From Patescibacteria group bacterium (GTDB taxonomy: Bacteria > Patescibacteriota > Microgenomatia > UBA10105 > UBA927): a stretch of DNA of 64,000 nt. Shown piece by piece: positions 1 to 9,399 of the stretch. Where the stretch lies: assembly GCA_035510735.1 (NCBI GenBank), contig DATKGN010000007.1, forward strand, positions 105 to 64,104. The letters are read 5' to 3'. The notes under the pieces were generated by a model that did not search any database, was not told where the DNA came from, and was given only the letters and a program-made list of their open reading frames with translations. The stretch's first letter is position 1. Each line of letters starts with the position of its first letter. The position numbers and the translations under genes are program-made.

Positions 1-41
1 AACTACTGCGTGGTGCACTTCCAGTGCGAATGTAGGATTCT

Positions 42-653
42 TTGACCGACGAGTCATTTTATCCTATAATCCTCGCGATGACTCCAACTAAGGAATTTTC
101 GAAAAACGAATCGACGCTGGCGTATTACCATCTTCTCACGATATATCATTCTTCACTCACAAATCTAAGCCACAATGCGTTAATCACCGATGTAACACAA
201 ATATATCCTACGGAGTTTCCCGATAACCTCATCCTCAAACGAAATCGTTTTGATACTATATTTACAGTAAAAACGGAAGATAACCCCATGATATATGTAT
301 TAGGAGAAACCAAAAAAATCGGAGGTAATCACATCATTTCCCAGGTACATATACCGATGATCGATTTTCGTAGCATTACCCATGATCATCATCTTGCCAA
401 ATCGATAACCGATGAAATACGGAATATGACCGAGTGGCTTCCTGAACCATTCCGGATATCACCTTACGACGAACCGTTTGTGGGTCTTACCACCTCGTAT
501 ATTGAACGCATTATAGACTTTGAAAATGTGTCAGCTGTCGCTGATGATGTTGTTCGCGCAGTCCAATCTTTTGATACACTTCGCTCAGTGTTTGGCGAAT
601 GGACTCAAAGCCCGACTATGAAGATGCTCGGCGTTAACGTCCCGATTATTTAA
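42..653 (+). CDS. hypothetical protein (true start probably ATG 78)
   Basis: 203-aa ORF; TATAAT just upstream of ATG 78; no recognisable motif. Confidence 0.6.
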   Translation: MTDESFYPIILAMTPTKEFSKNESTLAYYHLLTIYHSSLTNLSHNALITDVTQIYPTEFPDNLILKRNRFDTIFTVKTEDNPMIYVLGETKKIGGNHIISQVHIPMIDFRSITHDHHLAKSITDEIRNMTEWLPEPFRISPYDEPFVGLTTSYIERIIDFENVSAVADDVVRAVQSFDTLRSVFGEWTQSPTMKMLGVNVPII

Positions 654-1084
654 AATCCGCGGTCACTACGCCCTTCTCCCCCTGCACTATTTCCATATCG
701 AACAAATAGATTATCCCGTTCACGCATTTCCTCATCTACTCCCCTATCAAGCCCACGCTGAATAATTTTAACAACAGTTTGAGATTGCTGAGCTTGTTCT
801 TTCTTTGTAATATCAAAAGGCCATCCGACGTGATGATCAGCCCATTCCTTTTGAAAATTTTGTAACAGCTTCGGCGCCCAGGTTGAAAATTTGGGATCAT
901 TTCGGAGCGCCGCATCAAATCCTATTTTATGTTGTACGCTAAATTGATGGGCCAGAGAAAGCTTCCTTGAAAGTTCGTCAAAAGAGAGACCATGATCAAG
1001 CCCGTTGTCCATTAATAGAGTCGCGATACCTCCCCAATACATCCGTTCCTCCTCATACGAAACCGGGACCTGGAATTTCCCCAT
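650..1084 (-). CDS. hypothetical protein
   Basis: 144-aa ORF convergent with 42-653. Confidence 0.55.
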   Translation of the reverse strand: MGKFQVPVSYEEERMYWGGIATLLMDNGLDHGLSFDELSRKLSLAHQFSVQHKIGFDAALRNDPKFSTWAPKLLQNFQKEWADHHVGWPFDITKKEQAQQSQTVVKIIQRGLDRGVDEEMRERDNLFVRYGNSAGGEGRSDRGF

Positions 1085-1181
1085 ACTTTAACTTAACCAC
1101 TCCTACCCGCAAACCGCAATACACAGGAAGTATAAATGGCCCCCTTGATACTTCCCGTGTGATACTCGATACTGATAATGT

Positions 1182-1577
1182 ATGTCTCCCGATGAACTGC
1201 GTGAACAAGTCGAACTTGAAGTCGTCGAATTTATCAAGGCTAAGCTTGCCACGTTTGAAATCAACGAAACGCGCGCTCAACAAATCGCAAACCGGGTACT
1301 TGATATACTCAAGCCCGGGATGAGCTTTGAACAACTCTATAAAGCGATTCCAAGCCTCGATGATACGATGCCGGAGCTTGCTATCATCGTCCTTCCTCAT
1401 ATCCGGCAGTATGAAGAAAATGTGACGGGACAAGCCTTAAGCGCCGTCCGTGACCTCATCAAACAGGGCCAATACGATGCCGCAGCCAAACTGGGCAAGA
1501 AAGCATCAACGAACGACGTCGAGCTCGAATGGCAAGGATCCGGTAAGCCGGATGAGTCGGCGCCGTCAAACAATTAA
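1182..1577 (+). CDS. hypothetical helical protein
   Basis: 131-aa ORF with protein-like composition; preferred over overlapping shadow ORFs. Confidence 0.7.
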   Translation: MSPDELREQVELEVVEFIKAKLATFEINETRAQQIANRVLDILKPGMSFEQLYKAIPSLDDTMPELAIIVLPHIRQYEENVTGQALSAVRDLIKQGQYDAAAKLGKKASTNDVELEWQGSGKPDESAPSNN

Positions 1578-1750
1578 TCATTTAGCCTCAATATCATAGG
1601 CGCCAGCCATACCCCCTTGATATAGTATGATGTATTTTTCCGGATTCAAAAAATACTTATCTTTCAAATTTGTAAAGATAATTCCCATAAATTTACAAAA
1701 CTAGCCTATAATTTGCATCTGATTGTAAAATATCGTACACTTAAATACCT

Positions 1751-2458
1751 ATGCCACCCAAAGGAATCGAAAAATTCGAAATAGCACGGCCAAATCCCGG
1801 TGAAACACCAAAACCAGGAGAACTTTTGCTTCCCGGTCAGAATCTTTTTAACCAATCCCCCTTCCGGGAGTTATTTTTCCATGAAGACATTTTTCCGGAT
1901 CAACTTTGGGATAGCGAAGAAAACCGTGATATTGGCTTCGTATCTGCAATTGATTTATTCATCCACCACATTGACATCGAAAAAGATACGCTGTCCTATA
2001 TTTTTGATAAGGAAGTCAAAACGTTTGAAGACCAGGAAAAGAACGAAACACGCTTCAGGGCAAGGGAATTTGAAATCAGGCACCATTTAAAAGATGACTT
2101 AGATCCCATCGCTACGACGCTTGCAATCATGGAAAATCTCCGCATCTTTTTTAACGATCACCCGTATGCATTCAAATACCTGCACGAGCACCTGACCGGC
2201 AGAGATGCGGAATATACTCCGTGGGGAAACCCGAAGCGCGCGCAGATTGATTACGTGCCCACGTATACCAAATATGCAAGAAATCAGGAACTCAGCACAC
2301 AAGAGGATATTCTTGTCGGAATTGGTCAGGAAGTAACGGGTCTATCAACAATTGAGGATATTCTTGCCGCATTGCCGCCAAAATCCAAAGAAAATAGATT
2401 TCATCGATACGGAAAATCTCAAAAAGGTTCAATGTCCCACAGAACATTTATTGATTGA
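1751..2458 (+). CDS. hypothetical protein
   Basis: 235-aa ORF with AT-rich promoter-like upstream region. Confidence 0.7.
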   Translation: MPPKGIEKFEIARPNPGETPKPGELLLPGQNLFNQSPFRELFFHEDIFPDQLWDSEENRDIGFVSAIDLFIHHIDIEKDTLSYIFDKEVKTFEDQEKNETRFRAREFEIRHHLKDDLDPIATTLAIMENLRIFFNDHPYAFKYLHEHLTGRDAEYTPWGNPKRAQIDYVPTYTKYARNQELSTQEDILVGIGQEVTGLSTIEDILAALPPKSKENRFHRYGKSQKGSMSHRTFID

Positions 2459-2494
2459 TTATGGCGCCCCGTGAATATTCACCCCGAGGATAAA
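2459..2494 (-). repeat. displaced duplicate of the 3' end of gene 5294-5905
   Basis: 2462-2494 matches 5300-5332 at 29/33 nt; reads FILGVNIHGAP* versus FILGVIIHSAPH*. Confidence 0.8.
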
Positions 2495-2559
2495 ATTATT
2501 GTATTTTCCTCATAAATATCCTATAATTCGTATACTTTGCTATTCCGCAAAGTTTTTTT

Positions 2560-5316
2560 ATGCAACGCGTTGATGTTGATCGACCACAGCCTTCTATGCC
2601 TGCCTTTACGGAAGGCTCTGTACTTCCTCCGTATGAACCCATCAGGTTCCCGGTAAACATCAATGCACTAGAGAAGCTCGCACAAACCGATCCCGCAGCG
2701 TGCATATTTTACGCATTCCTCTCGCCCGAACCGAGCTATCAAGGGTTATTGGATTTTTTAGACAATGGCGGAAATTTTTTCAAAAGGCGATTGCCTCACG
2801 ATCAATTTGATAGAAATCCGGAACTTAACAAAATCGTCAACTCATATCTACAACGTGCTCTTGATGAAAACTCCATTAACGGCACCAAAAGAATCGTACA
2901 ATCTCCTCTCTATCATGATATTGCCGAAATTTGCCAATATATACTTCAAAAAACGGAAACGCCGCAGGACTCCCCACACCTAACCCCGATTAAGCGAGCG
3001 CAGCTTGAACGCCAAGCGATTGAAACAGTTCAGCTTCGATATCCGACTGTTCATAAAATCCAAAACGATTGGCAGGCTTCACGGGATCTCTCGCGCGAAA
3101 TGTGGAGACTCGAACTTCAGACGCATTCGACAACCTCAGAAGATGTACTTCCGGAAAATCTCCGTCAGACACTAGTAGATAGAATCGATGAAATAACAGG
3201 ACAAGCGATCTATGATTACACGGTACCTCTTTGGAGGGAACAGGAGTTCATGACCGGCCGGTTTACCGGTAAAAAGGACCGATGGAAACAACCGATAGCC
3301 GTCCCCATCCGACCGCTTTCAAAGGAAGAATTTGCGTCGCTCCACATTGTACCGAAGTGGGATTATTCAAAAATCGGCTACAATCTATTCATAGAATTCC
3401 GCGACACAAATGGTAAACAGGTACCGGTATGTTTTAAAGAACCACGCGAAGATGATAATCACCTGTTTTTTTGGCTTCGATCTCTTGCCCCTTTAGAAAA
3501 AAAAGACATATTCAAGAATTACCTAAGAGAATCTGACATGTCATATCTCAGCGGCTTCTATACAAATGCATTATATGGAAGCTTCTGGATATCACACGTA
3601 CCGAGACTCCGCCGCGCGCTCCAGGAAAATAATTTCATAGAGTGGAAAACACTCGCAGAAGAATTCATAACCTCGCTCCCCGAAAAGGCATATGATATCG
3701 CTGTCGGAATTCGATATGGTGATTTTTATACATTCATCAAATTTATCTACGATTCTGTTGGCCCTGATACACTTGTCCGTCGGGAACTAGCAGCCCGACA
3801 AATGGGGCTTCCGAATATTTGCGACGCCGTTCCCGAAAATTACTGTCCAAAAGAAAAATCTTCCGAATCATCCATAGCATATTTGCCAACAGATTTAACG
3901 GTAACGAAAAATGATTCCAAAAAAGAATATGAGGCAAAATTAGCCATATCTGCATTCTTTGTGAGCATGCCGCAATCGTGGCTAGCGAAAGATCAGGCGC
4001 TCGATTTCCCAACCAACGAAGAGCATGCGAAGGGTAAGTGGCAGCCACTAGAATTTCCTCTTTCGGGGGCACAAGCTTTGGATTTCACCGATATCACAAC
4101 CACGAACCCCATTCATGCTACGCATGACTACCTCGCCCTCCCGGCGCCTACTCATGGTCAAATGGCATCCATAGAACTTATCAATTCCTTAAGAGAACCT
4201 CTCGCATACGGTACCGACTACATACTTGAATACGATGCCGCACGCAACCAATACAGAGCAAAATTGTTTAACCCGATATATAACGATTCTGTATTTCATA
4301 TCCGCATGCGATTCGCCCCTGGCGACGAATCGGCAAATCCTAATGAAGCTATCCTCATCGATTCAGAGGCTGTTGCCGCAGTGTCAGAACGGCTAGCTCA
4401 TTTGGGCTACACTGCCCTTGCTAACAATCTTAACCACGCATTGACCTATGCAAACGGCTCAATGACAACTGGCGATATTGCCCGAGTTGTGGCCAAAAGC
4501 TCGGATTATTCATTTGACACAAATTATCAACCTATCCCGTCCGATAACCCGTTTATCGCACTCTCCGGTTTTATTGACCACACAACCGGCCGACTGCAAG
4601 TCCAATGTAAAGGTGCAAATACCTTTTTAACCGCAATACTCAATGAACTATTGCCAGACGGATGCCGCGCTGAAACCATATCTTGTTACTCCTTGCAAAA
4701 CATTAAAAACCAACAAGCCGGGGATGATCCTATTTCCGCAACGATTAGCCAGGGAAATTTGCATGCCAGGACACATATATTTGTGGGTGAAGAACGAATC
4801 GCTGTCATCGATGGAACGCCGTATAGCCTGAATCATCAGGATGTATCAGCGCTTCCATATGAACAAGAAGAAGGACTATCGCCGGAAGATGAACGGGCAG
4901 CGTTTCTATCAATTCTCGATGAATCGCTCAAAAATATTATGAAAGAGCCCGGACTATTAGCCCACCTGGACCGCTGGGGAGATAAACGAGCCATGGAACC
5001 TCTTATTGATAGCCTTCGACTCGCAGCCTTCATCCAGGATCTGTCGCATGGAGTTGAAATGTCACCAGGTCGAATCGGCGGAATGTACGAAACATACGGA
5101 GAGGAAATTAACGAGAATAGCATACTCACGGAAACATTGCTTTCCCAATGGATAGAGACCGCTACGACAACCTTACGTCAAGCGATTGAATACGCGAGTA
5201 CGAAGCAATTCATCTGGAAAGAACTACCCATATATGGTGATGGCACGGTCGTATTTAAGACCCTTGGGATACTCAAAACTGCACAATCGCTCCTTAATGT
5301 GGCGCCGAATGAATAA
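2560..5316 (+). CDS. large protein with C-terminal transglutaminase-like (Cys-His-Asp) domain
   Basis: 918 aa; QCKGANTFLTAIL...HARTHI...IDGTP follows the transglutaminase-core C...H...DxTP pattern. Confidence 0.7.
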   Translation: MQRVDVDRPQPSMPAFTEGSVLPPYEPIRFPVNINALEKLAQTDPAACIFYAFLSPEPSYQGLLDFLDNGGNFFKRRLPHDQFDRNPELNKIVNSYLQRALDENSINGTKRIVQSPLYHDIAEICQYILQKTETPQDSPHLTPIKRAQLERQAIETVQLRYPTVHKIQNDWQASRDLSREMWRLELQTHSTTSEDVLPENLRQTLVDRIDEITGQAIYDYTVPLWREQEFMTGRFTGKKDRWKQPIAVPIRPLSKEEFASLHIVPKWDYSKIGYNLFIEFRDTNGKQVPVCFKEPREDDNHLFFWLRSLAPLEKKDIFKNYLRESDMSYLSGFYTNALYGSFWISHVPRLRRALQENNFIEWKTLAEEFITSLPEKAYDIAVGIRYGDFYTFIKFIYDSVGPDTLVRRELAARQMGLPNICDAVPENYCPKEKSSESSIAYLPTDLTVTKNDSKKEYEAKLAISAFFVSMPQSWLAKDQALDFPTNEEHAKGKWQPLEFPLSGAQALDFTDITTTNPIHATHDYLALPAPTHGQMASIELINSLREPLAYGTDYILEYDAARNQYRAKLFNPIYNDSVFHIRMRFAPGDESANPNEAILIDSEAVAAVSERLAHLGYTALANNLNHALTYANGSMTTGDIARVVAKSSDYSFDTNYQPIPSDNPFIALSGFIDHTTGRLQVQCKGANTFLTAILNELLPDGCRAETISCYSLQNIKNQQAGDDPISATISQGNLHARTHIFVGEERIAVIDGTPYSLNHQDVSALPYEQEEGLSPEDERAAFLSILDESLKNIMKEPGLLAHLDRWGDKRAMEPLIDSLRLAAFIQDLSHGVEMSPGRIGGMYETYGEEINENSILTETLLSQWIETATTTLRQAIEYASTKQFIWKELPIYGDGTVVFKTLGILKTAQSLLNVAPNE

Positions 5317-5905
5317 TCACCCCGAGGATAAATTGGTTGGAATGTGGCTTTGTTCCCACACAACCGACAAAAGAAACGATCCGGGCGACCGGCCCCATGG
5401 CAGGAAGCGATAATGCCGAGATATCCTCCCCGTCTTCGCGGACGTCGATAATGCGCCCGGTTAACGGAACATCGCTATAATAATATTCTTTAGCCACCAC
5501 GAGTCTTTGATCCATCACTTTAAGATGAAGAGGCAGTATTCGTCTACCGGGGGTTAAACCGTTAATCGTCAAATCCTGAGGTGTCCCCTGATACATAACT
5601 GCCTTTAATTCCCGTGAGATGCCAAGAATAGCAATCGGAGGAGTATCTTCAAACGGGCCATTGGGCACATACACCGTGCAACCCTCGCCTAAATGCGCGA
5701 TTGGAATTGCACTTGACGCCCGCTCCGCATAATCCGCTTCCGGCTCAACGATAGACGTGAGAGTCCGGAGAGGTGTGCGTAATTGGTTAACCAGCAGATT
5801 TCCGGTTAACCGATTGACAAAGCTTCTATCCGGAGTATCGCAATTATATAGTTCACTCGGATTCCATGGCTTTCCAAGCTCTGGGTCTTTTCCTTTTTCT
5901 CCCAT
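5294..5905 (-). CDS. hypothetical protein
   Basis: 203-aa ORF, last of a three-gene minus-strand run. Confidence 0.65.
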   Translation of the reverse strand: MGEKGKDPELGKPWNPSELYNCDTPDRSFVNRLTGNLLVNQLRTPLRTLTSIVEPEADYAERASSAIPIAHLGEGCTVYVPNGPFEDTPPIAILGISRELKAVMYQGTPQDLTINGLTPGRRILPLHLKVMDQRLVVAKEYYYSDVPLTGRIIDVREDGEDISALSLPAMGPVARIVSFVGCVGTKPHSNQFILGVIIHSAPH

Positions 5906-5918
5906 AGAAATCAGTGTA

Positions 5919-6545
5919 TCACACGCCAGCGGGCTCTCCGACCGGCTGAAGCTCTAATTGCATATCAGACGGCACCTGCCATTGATCAAGATGGATTTTA
6001 AAACGGAAATAACCGGACCGAGAGGTAGGTTCGGGCTTCTCATGAGGAAACTGCTCGCTAATAAGCCATGAAGCCAAATTTTGCTCATGAATATCCACAA
6101 GAAGGGTACGTATGCCGAATTGCTTCGCTCTAGCAGCACGTAGCTCTGCCACTCTCGTTCCAATTCTTCTACCCCAAGCTGATTTATCTAGCATCAATCC
6201 ACCATAAGCACATTTATTCCAGACGTCAAATTCACGAAGTTCGGTGTTTCCAATCGGCGTTCCGTCAGGAAGAATAATTTCAAATAGAGCCAAATCTTTA
6301 TTCTCCGCCGCCTGTTCATAATGATATTGAAGCGCAATCCAATTGACGCCGGTGTTGAGCTCAAAGCGTGAAATATCAGGATCAAGTTCCCATTCAACCG
6401 ATCGCCGAACCTGCTCTGACATTCCTTGAAATGGCATAAGGCTAATACCGCTTACCCGGTCAACAACTGCATAGCGTTTCAGCTTCGTGACGACATCGGG
6501 ATACGCTTTAAATCCTGAATATTCTGGAATCTCTAAGTTAAGCAT
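5919..6545 (-). CDS. GNAT family N-acetyltransferase (RimJ/RimL-like)
   Basis: GTPIGNTEL, AWGRRIGT acetyl-CoA motif A, NLAS motif B. Confidence 0.75.
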   Translation of the reverse strand: MLNLEIPEYSGFKAYPDVVTKLKRYAVVDRVSGISLMPFQGMSEQVRRSVEWELDPDISRFELNTGVNWIALQYHYEQAAENKDLALFEIILPDGTPIGNTELREFDVWNKCAYGGLMLDKSAWGRRIGTRVAELRAARAKQFGIRTLLVDIHEQNLASWLISEQFPHEKPEPTSRSGYFRFKIHLDQWQVPSDMQLELQPVGEPAGV

Positions 6546-7443
6546 GATCTCTTCCTTTTAATGAGCCGCGCACCGCGACGGCGGCAAATGAAATGTTTGT
6601 ATTTTGCGGTGTTGTATAGACAGCGTCAATAAACCGAATCATATGAAATTCACGCGCCTGAAGTAGTGCTGACCGGGAACTGAGCTGGTCATTAAACCGC
6701 TCACTCCATGGAGTGCCATCGGTATCAATTACGTCATATCCTCCGTAGCCACCAGCGATAAATACAGACATGTGAGGACTCAGTTTCATAGCAGCGATTG
6801 CGGCAATATCCGCTGATACTCCATCAGCATTGCGGTATTTATCCCAGTCACCGAGATTCGTTAGTCCAATCGTCACTTGCTCAAGCTCCTGAGCGTGAGC
6901 CCGGTAATGAAACAAATCGTCATTGATAAGAATAATGCGGGTGAGATCAATGCCATTCATGGCGTAAAAATCATATGCTTTCTCAAGTAAATCAGACCTG
7001 CGTTCATACAACACGACCTTTTCTGCTCCCAATTTGAGGGCGAACAACCCTAATATGCCAATCCCGGCGCCGTTCTCAAGAGCGATTGCGCCTTTAAACG
7101 CTTCTTTTTGAGTGAGCATCGCTTTCATGATCGTTAGCGTGTGAAGAGCATATCCCCTATCAAACGAAGTCCCGCTATCTAAATCGTACGCGGCGATCGT
7201 GTAGGGAAAGCTATCGGGGGTTTCGATAATATCAGAGATGTAAATAACACACTCGTTGTCTATGGTGAAAAGTGCTGTCGGCCAAAGGTAATCAGATTCA
7301 CTCTGCGCTCTCCACCGCGCCATTTGGAATGGTTCCGTTGCCCCTGTATATCCGATATAAATATCTTCGCGGCGAAAAACCCACGATTCTTTTTTCGTGA
7401 TGCCCTCGGGGCCATCTATTGGAGGAAATTCATGGGATATCAT
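6538..7443 (-). CDS. class I SAM methyltransferase, PrmA-like
   Basis: LDSGTSFDRG..HT and ALENGAGIGILGLFALKLGAEKV resemble PrmA motifs. Confidence 0.7.
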   Translation of the reverse strand: MISHEFPPIDGPEGITKKESWVFRREDIYIGYTGATEPFQMARWRAQSESDYLWPTALFTIDNECVIYISDIIETPDSFPYTIAAYDLDSGTSFDRGYALHTLTIMKAMLTQKEAFKGAIALENGAGIGILGLFALKLGAEKVVLYERRSDLLEKAYDFYAMNGIDLTRIILINDDLFHYRAHAQELEQVTIGLTNLGDWDKYRNADGVSADIAAIAAMKLSPHMSVFIAGGYGGYDVIDTDGTPWSERFNDQLSSRSALLQAREFHMIRFIDAVYTTPQNTNISFAAVAVRGSLKGRDHA

Positions 7444-7580
7444 AGATTATGTTTTAATATCATCATATAGTAATTCTGATAACAGTTGGATATATCACAT
7501 TTAGGCCACTTAATGCAAGTTCTTACTTGCATTTTTCCATCCTATAGTGTATAATTTCGAAACACTAATTACCTTAAAAA

Positions 7581-7614
7581 GATTGCTTCGCCGTGAGAAC
7601 GGCCTCGCAATGAC
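7581..7614. repeat. REP-like palindromic half-element
   Basis: GATTGCTTCG...CTCGCAATGAC, same ends as the right half of 55833-55915. Confidence 0.65.
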
Positions 7615-7622
7615 AAAAAAAC

Positions 7623-8465
7623 ATGAATCAATGGCAAGTAATTTACGAATACTGTAATGATCACGACGGCGCTGATTGCGCGTGCGTCGGCACTGCGTTC
7701 ATTTCTGCCATCCCTGAAGTACCACGTATTAATCTCTTATCCGGTATAACACGCACCACGAAGGCGAAAGAAGTTGTCGTCCGTTCCCCCGTCTCGCTCA
7801 GCCAGTTTCTAGGCCTCATGCTCCTCGCGCTTGGCTTGGGTGGTATTTTCGGCCCATTAATCCCGGAATTACGCATGGAAACAGCCTATTACGCCAATCA
7901 GGCAAATATCGCCTTTGACGGCGCCATGGCATCACGGAAGCCAGATCTTCCCAAATCTGCCCCAGTTATATTCACGCCTCTCACCACGCCTGACGGCGCC
8001 TCAATTGCCCCGGTAAATACTGACTTTAGTCTCGTCATCCCAAAAATTGGTGTCAATGCGCCGGTTGTTGCGAACGTCGACCCCGCTGATCCGAAATCAT
8101 ACGATGACGCGCTCCTCAAAGGCGTCGCCCACGCATCAACCTCGTTTTTACCCGACCAGGATGGCACGGTCTACCTGTTCTCCCACTCGACTAACTACGA
8201 TTGGTTCGTCAAGGATCTGAATGCAGTATTTTATCTCTTAAAGAACGTCGGGAAGGGCGACACGATCGTCGTGTTCTATAAAGGCAGGCAATACACCTAT
8301 CTTGTCACGGATAAGAAGATCGTTTCGCCGGTAAAGAACACCTATCTCTACCCGACTGCAGGCGTCCACAACCTGATTCTTGAGACCTGCTGGCCGCCGG
8401 GGTCGACCACAGAGCGCTTACTTATATTCGCAAGCCTCCTTGAGGATCACGGGCAACAGATCTAA
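7623..8465 (+). CDS. sortase
   Basis: N-terminal TM helix, LVIPKIGVNAPV, GVAH, FSHS, LETCWPPG...RL catalytic His/Cys/Arg. Confidence 0.9.
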   Translation: MNQWQVIYEYCNDHDGADCACVGTAFISAIPEVPRINLLSGITRTTKAKEVVVRSPVSLSQFLGLMLLALGLGGIFGPLIPELRMETAYYANQANIAFDGAMASRKPDLPKSAPVIFTPLTTPDGASIAPVNTDFSLVIPKIGVNAPVVANVDPADPKSYDDALLKGVAHASTSFLPDQDGTVYLFSHSTNYDWFVKDLNAVFYLLKNVGKGDTIVVFYKGRQYTYLVTDKKIVSPVKNTYLYPTAGVHNLILETCWPPGSTTERLLIFASLLEDHGQQI

Positions 8466-8469
8466 TAAA

Positions 8470-8552
8470 GGTTAGTTGGTTACTTGGTTAGTTGGTTACT
8501 TAGAAACACGTTCTTTTACCAAGTAACAAAGTAACTCGTGTTGCTAACTAAC
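8470..8552. repeat. inverted array of 8-mer repeats (GGTTA[C/G]TT / AAGTAAC)
   Basis: tandem GGTTAGTT/GGTTACTT followed by complementary AAGTAAC units. Confidence 0.7.
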
Positions 8553-8571
8553 TATTAACATCCCATAACAC

Positions 8572-8600
8572 TTGACAAAAGGTTCTAATCGCTGTATACT
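8572..8600 (+). promoter_or_regulatory. near-consensus sigma-70 promoter
   Basis: TTGACA-17 nt-TATACT upstream of ATG 8637. Confidence 0.75.
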
Positions 8601-8636
8601 CTCACAACTGTATCAATAGGTATAGCAATATATATT

Positions 8637-9287
8637 ATGAATAAACAATCTATCGTTCTATCTCTTGCCACTGTTATCACAGGTACTCTTATGTTTGCAC
8701 CGTCAGTATTTGCTGATACGTGTACAACTCAGTATGGCGGCACAACCACATGCCAAGCAACGGATCTCGTCATTAACAAGCAAGTTGAAAACCCTGTAAC
8801 TCGCGGATTTGTCGAAAATCTTACGACCACAGATCCGACATTCACCCCGGGATCTCTTGTAACGTATAAATTAACGATCACCAATAATAGCGGCGAAACA
8901 TTTAACCCGGTGAACGTCAAGGATATTCTCCCGCCATTTATGACGTTTTTCGCCGGTCCCGGCACGTTTGATGCGAACAGCAACTCCGTGTCATTTCAAT
9001 TGGCAAATGTTATCGCAGGCCAAACCATAACGGAACAAATCGTTCTAAAAGTCATGGATGCGAGCCAGTTTCCGGCGGGGAAATCACTCTTCTGTGTCAA
9101 TAACGTCGCCCAGGTAAGCGCGCTTAACCGCTTTGACAGCGACAGCGCCCAGGTATGTTTACAAAATGGAACAGTCGTCTCCTCAACATTGCCGGTTGCC
9201 GGATTTGATGACTTCGCCATGTTACTCCCCTTCGCAGGGGTGGGCTTAGGCGGTTTTGCACTTTTGAAAGGTAAAAAAAGAGGATAA
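8637..9287 (+). CDS. secreted DUF11-like protein with sortase sorting signal
   Basis: signal peptide, DLVINKQV..PGSLVTYKLTITN..VKDILP DUF11 pattern, C-terminal LPVAG + TM + KGKKRG. Confidence 0.8.
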   Translation: MNKQSIVLSLATVITGTLMFAPSVFADTCTTQYGGTTTCQATDLVINKQVENPVTRGFVENLTTTDPTFTPGSLVTYKLTITNNSGETFNPVNVKDILPPFMTFFAGPGTFDANSNSVSFQLANVIAGQTITEQIVLKVMDASQFPAGKSLFCVNNVAQVSALNRFDSDSAQVCLQNGTVVSSTLPVAGFDDFAMLLPFAGVGLGGFALLKGKKRG

Positions 9288-9365
9288 ACCGATCTACCAT
9301 TCTACGGTCTGCCGGCCATAATAATAATCCAATAAACAAATAATCCAATAATCAAATAAAAAATG

Positions 9366-9396
9366 AAACCGGCAGACCCGAAGGGAGCCGGTTTTT
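9366..9396 (+). terminator. intrinsic terminator
   Basis: AAACCGGC...GCCGGTTTTT hairpin with T tract after 8637-9287. Confidence 0.65.
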
Positions 9397-9399
9397 ATG

